Below are positions 23,943 through 38,066 of a stretch of 64,000 bases of DNA, piece after piece (position 1 is the stretch's first letter; each line of letters begins with the position of its first letter). The position numbers were made by a program, and so were the translations under genes. The notes under the pieces were generated by a model. It was not told the origin of the DNA and searched no databases. It saw only the letters and a program-made list of their open reading frames with translations. This stretch comes from Phoronis australis (taxonomy: Eukaryota > Animalia > Phoronida), in assembly GCA_002633005.1 (NCBI GenBank), contig NMRA01000202.1, positions 167,516 through 231,515 on the forward strand, written 5' to 3'.

Positions 23943-24140
23943 ATGCAGACCTCATTTACGCAGTCATCATTTTAGCAGTGAGCCTCATTTTAGGTTTTGA
24001 AAAGCAATTCATTTGAGACATAAATATAACAAGGTGCGAAAAGATCACGCTTTGCGCTGCGATGAAGCGCAGGATGAAGCGTTTTTAAACCTAAAGAGGC
24101 TTTACTTTTAAAATGGCGACTGCGTGAATAAGGGGTACAT
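23943..24140. mobile_element. Foldback MITE (~200 bp)
   Basis: ACCTCATTTACGCAGTCATCATTTTA..AGCCTC.TTTTAGGTTT mirrored by AAACCTAAAGAGGCT..TAAAATGGCGACTGCGTGAATAAGGGG. Confidence 0.7.
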
Positions 24141-25473
24141 GTTCAGAAGATGGGAATTGGACGAAATTAAAGATGGCGTATGCCGCCATCTTGAATTATA
24201 AAACATGCTCAATGTAGCACACTGCACAGTTAGGCTGCAGCCGCGGCCAATTTGCAGTAACATTCCAGGAGTAGGCCGGGTTTGGGTTCAGTTTTGAGGT
24301 AGGCGTTGCATGTAGGTTCAGTGAATCTAGATTGTTGGTATTTGTGAACACTTGGGAATGAGAAAAGGCCACTTATTTGCCTGCAGACACACTTTACTTC
24401 AAAATGATGGACCCCTGTTGCATTTGTACATTGTTGAGTAGTGACTGAGGAATAGGCTGCGGTATCAGGTAGGCCTTAAACAAGCCAAAATTGCAAAAAT
24501 TCTGGCTACATTTTTAAAAATGTGGGAAATTTGCTTTCAGAATCTAGTGTTGCCTGATGTCGCGCATCGGCAGGGAAGTGGTTTTGGCGTGTAAAGTGTC
24601 ACCTTGTTCTTCAGTGGGAGTGAAGGGGTCGAAAATACAACACAGGAGTATCTGTGCTCATTTGCCGAGCTTTTGATATGAAATGACTCAGATGTTTAAA
24701 TTTATTGCATACACTTTTCGACAGAGTGAAAACGGTAACAAGTCCATACAGCTAAGCAAAATCCAGAACTGTTCTGAGCCCCTCAATGTTAAAAAAGTGC
24801 AATCAAGTTAGTTTTATTCTCAAGGAGCAAGTTAAGTTAATTCTCATAACCACATGTAATGTATTCAGTAACGAATTTCCAAAAAGTACAATAAACGAAA
24901 TTGCAAGGTCAACTGTTGTCGAAATTAGATGTATTCTTGTACTTTTGTTCACGCTAAGGGACTATGTTTGTTCAGTAATTCTATGTCATGGGACTTCGGA
25001 CCGGGCACTCGAGGGTCACTTGGCTGTTGACCTGGCTTCGGGGACTAACAAATGATACGTTATCTTTATTGAACTCGCTTTTTATCACTCGGCGGCACAT
25101 TAGGTTGCCGCATTAGGAAACGTCAATAGCGCAGTTTTAAATATATAGGGACAAATTCTGTTCTCATTTTTACGGGATTTTCATCAAAAGGAAATTTCAG
25201 CAGTATAGTTGGCACTTAGTCGCACGCGAACGGGAGATAATGTTTCACTCTCAGTTATTGCAGACTGTTCAATTTGCATTGGCTAATGAAAACATCAAAC
25301 AGACATCTGAAAGTCAAAATGTCTTGCCGTTTTGCAATGCAAATGAAACCCATTTAATCTCGTATCATAACAAACATAGAAAACTAAGAATAGGAAAGTA
25401 TTAATCTACGATTCAAGCCAGTGATGGAGTGACAATTAGTAAACTTAGCTACACCGTAAGACCCGTGCAGTCT

Positions 25474-25935
25474 GGAGGCAGTGTGGATTAGTGGGAGAAT
25501 TAAATGCCCGATTCCTTTACTTAAGGTCGTAGGTTCGAGTCCCACTGGAGCACACTGCTAGACCATTGATTAAGATCTTCAGCTCCTCAGCTTGGTTTAA
25601 CTATGCATCAATAAGGCATAAAAATGGTTCCACTAGCAGCTAGGTAATCCGTGCAGTGGGCACACGTGAGCGGCCTGCACTCGTCTGGGTCAACGTGTAC
25701 CAAACGCCGCATACTATTGGTCCCACGTCACAACCACAAGTCACGCCTTGCAAAAGTGAGGCCACTGGGCGGCGAAAGTTTGGAGAAGGAGTGACCTCCA
25801 AAATAGTTGAATCGACGGGGCAGCTTAAATTACCTGGCCGCTTGACTTCCTATTGAAGGGTCTGGGCAGACGAAGAGCTACACGCCTCAAATGCACATGA
25901 GCTCAGCTCATACTTCATATCTGCGGCAAAAAGAA
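25474..25935 (+). mobile_element. tRNA-derived SINE (3' boundary uncertain)
   Basis: A-box-like TGGATTAGTGG (25484-25494) and B-box GGTTCGAGTCC (25532-25542) at tRNA spacing, no intact cloverleaf, followed by a GC-richer body. Confidence 0.6.
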
Positions 25936-27288
25936 CCGCGAAGATTTTACCTTGAGAGACGGTGAGGCTAATGTCTCCGCAGTTGTTAGATTTCTTTTAC
26001 CTGTTTAACGTAAATCTTCACAGCATGCGCCGAGATGATCTCGCACTAAGTGCTTAGCCGATTACTCTTCGATAGCCAACGGAATTAATTATTCCATAGC
26101 CTGACAACAACAAATCCCTCGATGGCTCATTCTCACCGTGTAACGTGCATGTACAAATACGGTGGTTACTACACACGTAGTTAACAGTGAGCCTTCTGTG
26201 TCACACTGTGTGCTGGGTAACAATGACGTCAGATAAATTTGCCGGCCTTGAGGCTAACAACTCAGCCCCGTGGCTACCTGTCTGCAGCTTGTGGCACTAA
26301 CCCGCATTTATTCCACCGAGCTACTTGAATGAACTCAGATACATCGAATCAGCACACTGCGTGTAATTAACTTCATCATCGTTCTTGCGACGAATTGTGC
26401 CATACGTGACGCAATAAGTGCATTAAGGAGACAAAATCGGCGACAATGAAGCATGAAAGAAATGCCCAAAAATCAACAGAATTACACTAATTTTATCTCA
26501 GACAACACTTCAACAGTTGTTCGGAGCTTTCTTGTAAAAAATCTTCAATTGCTTACGTGAATGTGTTTCTCTTTTGCGTTTATTTTCGTAAAAATCTCCT
26601 AGGGACGCCAATGACCGTCGACCTGTCTCTACGTGACGGCAATTAGTCGCAAGCCCTCTAGTGCCCGCCATATATTTGTGTAATTTTAAAGATCAGGCAT
26701 GACGTCCAAAAACACCGTAGTACCCTGGTAGTAGTTACCCCCAATAAATTGCATAAGGTAGCACTTATAACTGCTAAGTTATCGGGGGGGTTTTCAAACG
26801 GAATTGCCAATTGAGGAAAGCGAGCTTGTATAATGGCCTAGATCACTCTAATTTTTTGGACTCGGTGAGGACATCAATCGTTTTCGTTTAATTAGTCAAA
26901 CATTGAAAACATTATTAGCTTTTCAAACATTATTTTAGGTTTACGATTAAAATCAATCTGAAGAAAGCATAAAAGTCAACCCAATATTTCTGAGTGGAAG
27001 ACGAGAGGAGCACGCAAACGCACCTGACAGTCCATCAAGACCTGAGCAAGCTCGACACCAGAGCTCGATATTACTGGATATGAGGCAACTCATCTCGCAT
27101 GACAGTCTCCGCAGGGCCGCCAGCGCTGATTTCGTTCCTAAATGCTTATTTTAGAGAGGTTGCTCCCCAACGTGTTTCGACTCTTCTCCTTATCTATACT
27201 CAGGAGATTCGCTGTGCAGTGAAAACGGCCGAGGCGGGGTGGTGCTGGTCAAAGCCGGTGTGACCGTGAGGTCTCAGTGTCCCCAGGG

Positions 27289-27391
27289 CTCAGTGCATAC
27301 TACCTGCATGCATTTGAATGCCAACTTATGGGCCCGTTATTCAGTGCCGGGCTGGATGCTTTATTCAAATACATGCAAGTAAGACACTGAA
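27289..27391. repeat. Short imperfect inverted repeat
   Basis: TCAGTG..CT.C.TGCATGCATTTGAAT mirrored by ATTCAAATACATGCAAGTAAGACACTGA. Confidence 0.55.
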
Positions 27392-29427
27392 CCAAGCGAC
27401 GCAATAACATTATGAATTATGTAAAAGGCGCAAAGATACCTTTATTGCCGCACGTCGTGGGTCGAGGTGGTTGTTGGTCGTCGGTAGTGGGCCATGGGAT
27501 GTGGGGTTTTAGAACAATCTCCTCGCCTGTGGTTCACTTGAGGCAGACAGCTCAGATCATGTTGTCGCATTGTCTGCCCTGGTCCTGGGTCAATGCAGAC
27601 TAAGAGCCACGACAGATTCCCTGAGGCTACGGACAGTGTATACTAAACAATTACGCAAGACTGGTTCTGTTAGTAATTCATTTTCTATTACACCTGTACG
27701 GAGATGATCGTTTTCAGCGACCTTAATCGGCCATTGACTTGATATACAACTAGCTAGGTTTCATTTTATCGACAGTACAATTAAGCTACTAAAAGTCTAA
27801 TGAAGCAATTCTTGACAATTGATATACTTGATATATTTAGGACAAAAATGAAAAATTTATTAAACTTTGCCCACATATTCCATAAACTTCACGTGGCTCG
27901 TGCTAGCCGAGGGCTTTTTTAAGCAATGTTTCCAAAAGAACCCTCACGGCTGTAACTGTCGATACGCTTTCCTCAGTCAGACAGAAAACTCGGCCATTTC
28001 TGCGTCACCACCGGAAACCAAAAAGTTCAACTTAAAAAAAATCGGGGACTTGAACATTTATTTTCACCGAAAGGATTGCTAGGAGCATGGGTCGTCCCGG
28101 TCGCCATCTTCCATTTCCTTTGATATAAACTTTGATTGTTTATCCTTGTTTTTTGCAAATTACAGGTCGATATGTTAATGACATTAATTTTATCGAAAGC
28201 TGGTGTAACTAATTCATAATGGTCTTTGAAACCCTAGACCCTCATATTTATGCAGAATATGTTTTTAAGGAGGTATTCGCAATAGAATTGAAGTGCGTTC
28301 AGCTCCGTCGGCCGCGCAATTCTTTTCATTACAAAATAAAAGAAATCGTGTTTGTGGAGGGATATTTGAGATCTCTACGGTATAATTCATTGGGTTACGG
28401 AGCAAAAACAGCATCAATGCGTTCCACTTCTTGCAATGAATATTATCTCTAACAGAAACCAATTTTGCTCCATTTCTTCCCAAAACCACCATTACGATTA
28501 GATTCTTGAAGAATCTCCGCAAATCCGTCACAAAATCTTGCGCGAACAGCGACTGAAGTATCGACGAGTTTGTTTTTAACCACAAGCGTAAACATCGCCC
28601 TTCTGACCTCGAGTGCCGCTTGATCTAACGATGGTGCGCGTGCACAAGGTCAGCAGTGTTATTGAGACGCGTTTTCGTAAACACAGAAACTTAACAGTGA
28701 TTGTTTACATTTCATAACGCCGCCAATAACCCGAATTTTTGGGTTTTCATATTTAGACTTACGGAGTTATGTTCCGTCACAAGTATGATGAGGCAGAAAA
28801 CTGAATGTGACATAGACAGAAAATAAGTAAATTGGACGTATTGTTAATGGCGTTGAATTAGGTCAAGATATTTCTACGATGAGTTTGTTTTACTTTGATT
28901 TAACTACATGTAACTAATACGAAATCAGAATGAAAGAAATGACATTGATAATAGATGATCTATCTTATAAAGTGTGACAACTGCCACCTGGTAAAATGCA
29001 TCATTTAAGTGGAACTTGCACACTAATTCCTTATTTCTGTGATTGCTTGGTCAAATTAGTTATAAACACGACGATGTGAATAACAAGGAGGTTGAAAATG
29101 GTCAAAAGTTTGAAAGAACGAGTTTTGTGTCGAATATGATCCGGTGTAAATCACTGAACCGTGTCCAGTAAGTATCGTGACGTGGTGTTGGGTAATAGCA
29201 CAACATGATGCGGGCTATGTGAGCCCCCAAGTTACGCCATTAGTGCAAAGGTCACATATTTGCAGAATTTTTTTTCATATTTACAAGTTGTCAATGAATG
29301 CAACTGCACTTTGTTTAGCGTAGATGATGGTCAAATAACATTGTCGTTTAGTTCCTGCTATACATTAGCATAGTTAGAAACCAAATACATCTTTAAATAC
29401 AATTTTGTTTACCTTAAAGGTGTTCTA

Positions 29428-29584
29428 CAGGAGTGGATTCAGGATTTTGAGTTGGGGGGCGGGACCAGGGCAGAGTATTAGCCAGGATTTTGCCCGTTAG
29501 ACATTCGCATCCCCGAACTGCCAATGCGAGAATTTTAAGGGGGACATGGCCCTCTTGGCCCCCATCAACCTAAATCCGCTACTG
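29428..29584 (-). mobile_element. GC-rich MITE family D; opposite-orientation copy at 55169-55322
   Basis: CAG..G(C/T)GGAT termini; shared interior AGGGCAGAGTATTA.CCAGGATTTT, GACATTCG.ATCCCCGAACTGCCAA, GGCCCCCATC. Confidence 0.85.
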
Positions 29585-30019
29585 CTATAAACCCAACTTT
29601 TGTTAAAAAATTCGTTTGATTTTGGTCACTTCCGGTAAGCACTGCACCCCACCTTGTTTCTTACTCAGACCTCGTTTACACTACAATCTTTACTTCGGTT
29701 TAAGCCCTCCTTGTGGCTCCAAGTCAGTATGCGGAGTGTCTGTAAAAGGTACCGCATAATTGTAATTGATTCAAGCCAAACCCGCTTGGGAAGGAGGACT
29801 CGACCAATGAGGACATCTTGCTGGGGTGGTGTACAGTTCCACAATAAATAGGCTCGTGAGAAAGAAAGTTTTTGTGTTGTAAAATTTAAATGAAATAAAC
29901 GTTTTTGCACGAATAAAGTAAAAATAATGATAAAAAGACAGGAAAAGGAAACTGGGAATCAAATATGCGGAAATCGAAACCACTAAACAGGGAATACTCT
30001 TGAAAAATTCCAAGCCATG

Positions 30020-30401
30020 ACTACTCCACAGGCCCACTACTCCGAAATCCAACTACCCCGGAAAACCCATTACTACGAGTTTTATTTATTATTATTTTTG
30101 AATTTCTAAACTCAACCTCCGCTACTTTCTCTTAATTTCACGAATGGGTTATTCATTTGTTACTAAGTATCAACATGGTCACACAAAAAGTAAAATGAAG
30201 TCCAGTGACTTCTTTCTGTCGTTTTACTGTTTCTGTAGTTTACGACTCTTGAATCGTGTCTTCTTTGAATTTCGCTTGACCAAAACAAAATGTATGATAT
30301 TAATGTTATAACATGAAACAAAGGCGTTCACATTTGGAGGAAGCGTGGGTTACTTCGGAGTAACGATTTTTTACGGAGTAGTAAGCCTTCGTAGGAGTAG
30401 T
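30020..30401. mobile_element. MITE with ~55-bp imperfect TIRs made of TACTCC(G) subrepeats
   Basis: ACTACTCC..ACTACTCCG..TACCCCGG..AACCC mirrored by GGGTT..CGGAGTA..CGGAGTAGT..GGAGTAGT. Confidence 0.6.
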
Positions 30402-30577
30402 ACCCGCAAACGGGGCAACAGAGCAGAAGTGCTATCTGGGCTTGTATTGTTCATGATCACGTGAGAACGACTCCGGCGCACAAGATTCGACCGGAAATTT
30501 CTAAGTCAATTTGCTGTGTCTCAACCAATGGCGAATTGTTAACTCTTCTCAAACCCAGAGATCACTTTTTAAGTAAC

Positions 30578-30968
30578 ATTTGGTTGAAGGCACGACTGCA
30601 CTTTTTGTTAGACAGCTTAATGAATATATACTCGCTCGTAGTCTCTATTAGAGTCTCTATTGATCAGCTACGGCAAAAGACCTTTACTGAATGAGCAGCT
30701 CACAGGTGTGCGGGCTTCCTTCCATGTGATGCATTCGAACTCAGTGCTTGTATGCCCCTCTACACGCTGTTAGCGTTTATTTCACTGTTTATTTCGGTTC
30801 CTTGACGTTCAGTTCACGCCTATTGGCTGATGATGAGACATGTCGCCTCGAAATATTGCTTGTCCGTTATGTCTCTTAGTGTTTCGCTAGAAAGATTGTA
30901 TGGAGACTACGAGCTAATACATTATTAAGTTGTCCAACAAAACGTAAAATCATGCCTCCAACCAAGTT
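30578..30968. mobile_element. Foldback element with ~80-bp arms and an internal hammerhead-like motif
   Basis: TTGGTTGAAGGCACGA..TTTTGTTAGACAGCTTAAT..GCTCGTAGTCTC mirrored by GAGACTACGAGC..ATTAAGTTGTCCAACAAAA..TCATGCCTCCAACCAA. Confidence 0.7.
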
Positions 30969-32525
30969 TGTGTTAATGAAGAGCTGCTACCAAACTATAT
31001 ACTAAGTAACTGGAGCTAAATAAACCGGAACTAAAACTAGAAATTTTGCATAAAAAGAATATTTGACAGGCAGTTGCACGAACATTCCTGTAAATCTGAA
31101 TGATTTAGTTACTCAAGAGAATTAAAGATGCCCAGGTAGTGACATCATAACGATTATGAAGGTAGATGGCACGCCTCACGGTGAGTTACTCCTCAGGGTA
31201 CTTCCAAAGAAGGTAAATATGGGGCGTGCCACTCAGATAGAGGCTTGTCTACGACCAAGTGCACTATCAAAAAGTTCTACTCCGTCAATTCCCAACGACT
31301 CGGGCAGAGTAACTTTTTCGATTTAATTCCTCAGGCCTACAGCATGAGACTCGACAGAACGGTGGACGTATCTGTTTCCTTTGAAAATCTTCAAAAGGTT
31401 TTTAACGTCATCGATGTTTTTTAAAAATTGGTTGCACACATAAGGCCTACTCAAGTTTGACAACATCACATCTCTTCCTGTACTGTTTCGGGTGGGTTAA
31501 AATGACCAAAAAACTATGAAAAAACTAACGTCCACTACTTCCCTTTACAATAACATCATTTGTAATACAAATGGGGACTAACAGTTGACTCTAGTTTTAT
31601 AACACTAAGTCATCTAAATCCTAAGTTACTTCTCGACAATATTACAGAGAGTTTGTAACCTTAATAGTTTGTTGTAATTAACCACTGATATAGACTAGAG
31701 TTATGGCGGGAAAACGACGACACTGCCGAACTGGTGAAGTTGCGAACTGAGATGCAACGAGAATTTAAAAATCATGGATTAAACGGCCATGCTAATCTTT
31801 GTTATAGGTTAATTATGCTGAACCACTTTTCGTACCTGTACAATTTGTCCACTTGAGATGCATTTAGTGATAATCCTTTTCAAGTGTCCCACACTGACCT
31901 TGACATGTAACAAGCACGCGTAATGACAAAAATCAATATGATTGTCAACAACGACGCGTCGATGTCTTATACATTGAATAGACGCTACCGTCTCCACAAA
32001 AGACCAAAGACGTACATGTACATAGTTCTTGAAGTCTATTCACTAGCAGCGGTTTCTCAGATTCCCTTCACAGGACAGCCTATGACTGATGCTGATACGT
32101 ACTAAGTCATGTGATATGATAACAAACAAGGGTCTCAAAGATCAGTTTCTGGGTCACATATTTTAAAATCACTTGCAACGTCTTGACAAGACCCGGAATG
32201 TGTCAGAATCTTATCACTTTGCGCTGGTTTTGCACCAGTCAATGTACACCCTTTCGCAATGCTAAGAAGGTTAGGTGGCGCTGCGTCAGAGGGAAGAGTC
32301 AATACACATGCATCCTGAAGGGGTTCAAGCGTCAGTGTATGCTTCAGCGATCGCTCGCTGGTTCCCTTTGTGCCTAGCCAGCACGCTGGCTAACCCGAGC
32401 GGAAAGCAGGGAACCAGCGAGCAGTGATCGGAAATGAACACACAGAAGGCCCATTTTTGGGGGTGGTCTCTGTACCCGAGTGGCGCATGTCGCGATACAA
32501 ATTACAATGCACGCATTTAAAATAA

Positions 32526-34880
32526 CATTAAACTCAAAGCCCTGGAACGCTAACTCCTGCGTGTGACCTATGTATCCAATTATTGCCGGAGCTTGCGACC
32601 CCGAGATAGCCGCGAGAGCTTGCACCGAGAATTTCCGGATGCTTACTTGACTGTTTTAATAGAGTTTGAGTTATCAAATCAAGCCTAATTTAATTGCTTC
32701 ATTTTCATTTTGTCATTATTGATCATCAAGCGAGACTCTTGAGGCACGGTTCCATACAATGAGCGATTTCTCGATAAAATTAGTCAGAGAAACTCGACAA
32801 TTACATTGGTTATTCTTTATAAGCACCGACCAGTGGCCCTGGATGGACGCCGGAATAGTTTGGCTCCTGATATCTTTTCAGGTCCAGTCGTTGAACCACA
32901 TTCGACATCCTATCATACTACATGTCAGGAGTTTTTCAACAAGACATTTTTGAGTGTTAGAATCATGTTACATTAGTTTACGGAAAGAAGTTACATTTTG
33001 GCCTACATGAAAAGTTTGGGGCCTAAAAACAGGCGTGTTTACGTAACGAAAAATTACTCATAACTGCTTAGCTAAGTGTATGTGTGTGCGTGCGTGCGTG
33101 TGTTTGTGTGAATATTATTACTGTTTTCAATTGTTTCTATAACAATTCATTTGTGCAAAATTTATCTGTTGCCCAAATGCAGTTTTTTGTTTATTTGATT
33201 GCCGAGAAGCAGGCCTACTGATATCTGCATGCACGCAGCCAGGGGGTCTCGAGGGCTCCCATTTGGCGAAATGGGTAAAAGGTCCGCTTCACAGAAACAA
33301 AAAGTCCGAGGAGAAACGAGACGAAAGTCCACTAAAAAGGCAGGAACTACAAAAATTCGCCGAGTACACAATTCACAGCTCCGAACGTACCTGGTTTTTT
33401 TCCTAGTAAAAGGTCCACATTCCCAAAAATTCGAGCCCCCATTTTTACCTACACCCGTGAAATAAAGCTTTTAAAATGATAAGTTTACCTTGTAAAAGAA
33501 CCCAATCTAGTACTTTGTGTTGCTGACGGCCTACAGAGTATTTGCTCGTGGCGGACTGTCCCATTGTTTTTCCGCCAGCCTGCCACATCATCTAAATGTC
33601 CCGCTTGTTGGACACGCATCCAAAGTGACATGTTATCATGCACTATTGCAATTACTCACGTGACATAGCCATATTTTCCCGGTAGACTAAAAAGAAAAGA
33701 GCGAGACGTTTCATGGGGTTTTGCGGCACCCAAAATTTCCCATTCAATTATGAAAAACAACAACAAAAACCGCTGTCGGGCATTTTTGGGTGTTACATCT
33801 CCTATTCGACAAAAAACGCTAATTGATCGATACGTCTTTGAGAGTTGCAGTGAACATTTCCCCCTTACGTTTTGTCTTAGACCCAGATATCCCGCTTTTG
33901 ATCCAGAAATCCCGCTTTCAATCCAGTTGTTCCGTTCTTTCGTTCTTGAATGTTCACCGTGTCAACTATTCAGCAGGTGTTCAAAATACCACTGTCTCTT
34001 TTGTGAATATTGTTATTTTCTAGAGTCCACTTTCTTTAGTAACATAACAATAGTAAAATTGTTCCAATGTCTTTTGTTGACGATAACATGCACTGTATGT
34101 ATCGGGATCACTAACTTTTATTTTCTCAAGGGAACACTTTATTTTTGAACTTTTATGGAAATTTATACACTGCAACCAATATGACGAGTTATCCACAATA
34201 TTTCAAAGCTACGTGTTAGATGTTTGCCAATCAGAAAACCTTTATCTGCAAATTTCGGATAGATACTTAGAGTAGTTCATCGCATTTTTCGTAAATGTCA
34301 CTACGTTCTAAACTTTTACTGAATAATTGTAATCAAACAGCACCAAAGGTCCGATTAATTATAATATATAAAGATGTATAACTTTGGATGAATGTCTGAC
34401 TACCTATTATCTCCAGCAAGTGTGAGGAATCCATATTCTAAAACCTTTGCCTTTATTGGGAAGAAACCTTTTGAATAATTGAAATTATTTCCCTAATGGG
34501 TTAACTTGTCATTTATATAACCTCTCTGATTCATTTCCTTTTTTATGTTACTCAGTTACATGCTGTTATTTTTTGCATGTTGGTAACACTCTTGGTTTTT
34601 AGAATTAAAAAATATGTCAGTTATGCGAAATGATAATTACTTAGGAATACAAATATGTATCTTTTGCTTCTGGTATAATCATCAGGAACTGACAAATGGC
34701 TTTCTCATGATATGGCTCTTATGAAACTCTGTTGAAAAACGGCGGAAAGTTTTAACGACAGTAAATATCAAAGCAAGCACGAACATCGGAACAAACGAAT
34801 ACAAACAACTCTCGTGCATGCGCGGCGCAACCTCAGAGGCCGCAAGATCGAAGTTGGCATTCCAGGCCTAAAGTTCTATA
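32526..34880 (+). mobile_element. Non-autonomous P-superfamily-like DNA element, copy with nested insertions
   Basis: Co-linear with 48640-50336; degenerate TIR CATTAAACTCAAAGCCCTGGAACGC / GCATTCCAGGCCTAAAGTTCTATA; TSD AAAATAA/AAAATAT (6/7). Confidence 0.8.
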
Positions 34881-36680
34881 AAAATATCAATTCAGTACTC
34901 ACAAGCTAAAACTATCCATTTGGTATGGCAATACATCTACTGCATTGCGAGTAAAGTTGTTTTGCTGCATTCCTGACACATATCGGAAATGACTGAGAAC
35001 GGATCGCTCGGAGTTAGGGTCTACTCCTTCTTAACTCTAGTTTAATCACCTATGATTACAAAAAGATTTCCGTCGTTGCATTCCGTTTGGCCTCCGATTC
35101 AGTGGCGACCTTGCCTTATCGACGATTAGAATAGTCCTCAAGCCAGGCTTCGAATCGCAGCTAGTGATTATTTCAAGGTAGTATTATGTGGGGTTCGTGC
35201 TACTATTCATTTTAAGAGAATGTGTATTGCCGGGTCACTAGTTAAATGCGAGATTGTGAATAAGTTTCTAAACAATACGCGATAACATATCAACGCATTT
35301 TTGAAGCAAATAAGCCATTGATTGTGTCATATATAAACATTACAGAATGCTTGCTCGAAATAATATTTCGTTCTAAGAGTGAGAAAAGACTTTTATTCAC
35401 AATGGGAGAATAAATACAATAACGAAATACATTCCTGAGACTTTCTAAAGGTACCCGACAGTGACTGCTATCAAGAAACCCCTTATAAAGGAAAACATTA
35501 AAAATAATTCAATAGTATGTGTATCTGTAGTATGTATATGTAATATATAGATACAATAAGTTCAAAGAGAGGAAAAGGGAAGACAGAAAAAGAAAAAATG
35601 TAGCGCAGGCGCAGGAATACAGACGAACGAACAAGACGCCATTTTTGTAAGGTAGTCAATGACGAACAAATTTGGAATGTTTGTATTCTTCCATGGGACA
35701 TGGTGGTATTTAAAGCCGGGGACTTTCGGAAATGTCAGTACAAAACTAACCGATAGACCACTGAGCACAAACATTCCGAAACAAAATGGTCGTCAATGAC
35801 CGTCAAAAGTGTGCACATACTCGCGCTCGTTCTTCTAAAAAAACCTGACCGGAGAAATGACCGACCCACTTCGTGCCGAAGTATAAACACACTAACAGAG
35901 AAAATGATGTCTCGAACCATGGAATCACATATCTTTACGAAAATAGAAGATACACTGGTGTTTTCACAGTGGGGATGTGAGATCCGGTGTCATGTAGACT
36001 CTCTTTTCCCAGGTCGCCACGGCCACTTCCCCAGTCAAGGTCATTTGCCCGCCTCGCCGGGTCTTGCAAATCACATTCTCTCCAACCCTTACCCGCAACA
36101 CATCTGTCGAAAGCATATTTTTCTATGTACACCCACGCAAAATATGTGCATACTCACTCGACCAACCTAAATACTACACAATCCACCCCTACACCACATG
36201 ACCATGAAATCATGTACGGACATGATACGTTCAAGAAATAGAACAAATGAGTGTCAAAACGTAATATACATAAATAAGCAATCACTTCTTATTAAAATCC
36301 GTAGTCTCCCTATATAATAATAACATCAGTTGCGTGAACTGTCGGAGGCGAGATACTGACCGTTGTTGTGGTAATGGATTCTGATTGATGTTGAGCACTA
36401 CTGTGGTTATTCTTTTTAAACACTTTACAGAAGAGTACTGAACCCCTCTTGATTCGATCCCTCGACTGTTCGCAAGTCACAGCTTAATCCGACTCAGTGT
36501 CAGGTACGTCACCCTGCGACTCCAAAGTTGAGAGCGGAGCTCACTGACCGGGCCACTTCTGACGTAAACCGTAGATTAGCGTGTTATATTTTGTTTCCTC
36601 TTAATTAACAACTGCATTAATTGTTTCGCAAATGATTTGACCGAGTAAATAAATGGCCCAGGATCGTTTTACGTATTATA

Positions 36681-36823
36681 CAAGGGCGGCGTAGCACTGA
36701 AAAAAGTGGGAGGCACCGCAGCCCCCCCCCCACCGTGGTGCACCGCCCATAGACCATGGCCAGCGCAGCACTGAAATAAGTGGGGGCTATAGCCCCCCAG
36801 CCCCCTATGGTGCGCCGCCCATG
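36681..36823 (+). mobile_element. Two tandem copies of ~70-bp MITE family E; inverted copy at 55739-55806
   Basis: TIR consensus CATGGGCGGCGCA; interior GCACTGAAA.AAGTGGG.G....GCCCCCC. Confidence 0.85.
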
Positions 36824-37949
36824 TATCAGGGCCGAGTTCCGAAGGCGCGGCAAGAGCCTCAATGTGGAAGATAGCGAGACCGCATGCTTTGCATGTAATA
36901 TATGGCGATATCTCTCGCCAAGTCTTACGCTATCTTTCGTTTTCGCGAGGTTCTGCGGGCTACGGAACGCACGCCAGGGGAAGATCGTTTACCGACAGCG
37001 TGCTGTTGCAGGTTCTTTCTACGTTGCAATCGTACGTAAGCTTACAGCACAGCAACTCAATTCAATAACATCACGATGTTTAAATAATGTAAATCACCTC
37101 ATTACTGTTTCGCCACCATTCTTCCATTACGTTGAGTAGCGTAAGATAAGCTAAACTCGCCTTCAGGCTTACCTGTTGATTAACCCTTAACACTCATTCC
37201 AAGCTTCGGTATTCAAAACACATCTGTTGTAATAAAATAATTATATTCTCAGGTAGGACCATAAACCTTTTGTTTAAGCTGCATTTACTTACACAGGCCA
37301 AGAGCGACAGCTGCACGACTAAGAACAGGGTTCACAAAGAGCTACTACCAATTGGAGAGACCGTATCGTCCACAAGTCGGCTTTCCTAGGAGTCAAAGGA
37401 CAAACCGTCGTGGAAATCGGCATTCCGTAGTCCGCTCCAAAACACGTCGACAGAGACAATTTACGAGAAATGAAAGCAGCAGAAGTTATCAAAAGCTGAA
37501 AAGGTCGTTTAGCGTTGCAATTATAATTGACGGCCGATATTACAAGATAAGGCCATTGCTTTTTTCGTCTGAAAATACCACATCCAGCTACACGCGAAAA
37601 TGATTTGACCGACTAAAAGTAAGATAGTACGCTATTGCTGGGTTAAGAAGTAAATGCCCCTGTCCGAACACTAGTTCTCACACGCGCTGGCGTGCCCTGG
37701 CAGATCTCTTATTTAATTTTCTGAGCAAATTTACAATATTCTACCACTTCACAGTTGTCTACACAACTGGGTCAGATCTTCACAAAAAAATCGTAGTTCC
37801 GAACTACAGGAAACTGTCGTTTAACTTACACCACTTAAAATCCACTACCCGCAATTTTCTTTTAAATGTCATTAGTGCGTATGTCTTATGCAAATTAGTA
37901 TACCATTCAAAGATCTCAGTCAAATGGAAATCTCACTAGGTTCTTGCAG

Positions 37950-38066
37950 GCAAAGCTCGTGCAAAGCTCGTGCAAAGCTCGTGCAAAGCTCGTGCAAAGC
38001 TCGTGCAAAGCTCAAGCTCGTGCAAATCTCGTGCAAAGCTCGTGCAAAGCTTGTGCAAAGCTCGTG
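37950..38066. repeat. 11-bp minisatellite (GCAAAGCTCGT)~10
   Basis: Directly visible tandem array with few variants. Confidence 0.95.

Noticed and set aside
25474-25550. Functional tRNA gene
   Set aside because: A/B boxes present but no acceptor or anticodon stem pairing and no T-run terminator; better explained as a SINE head.
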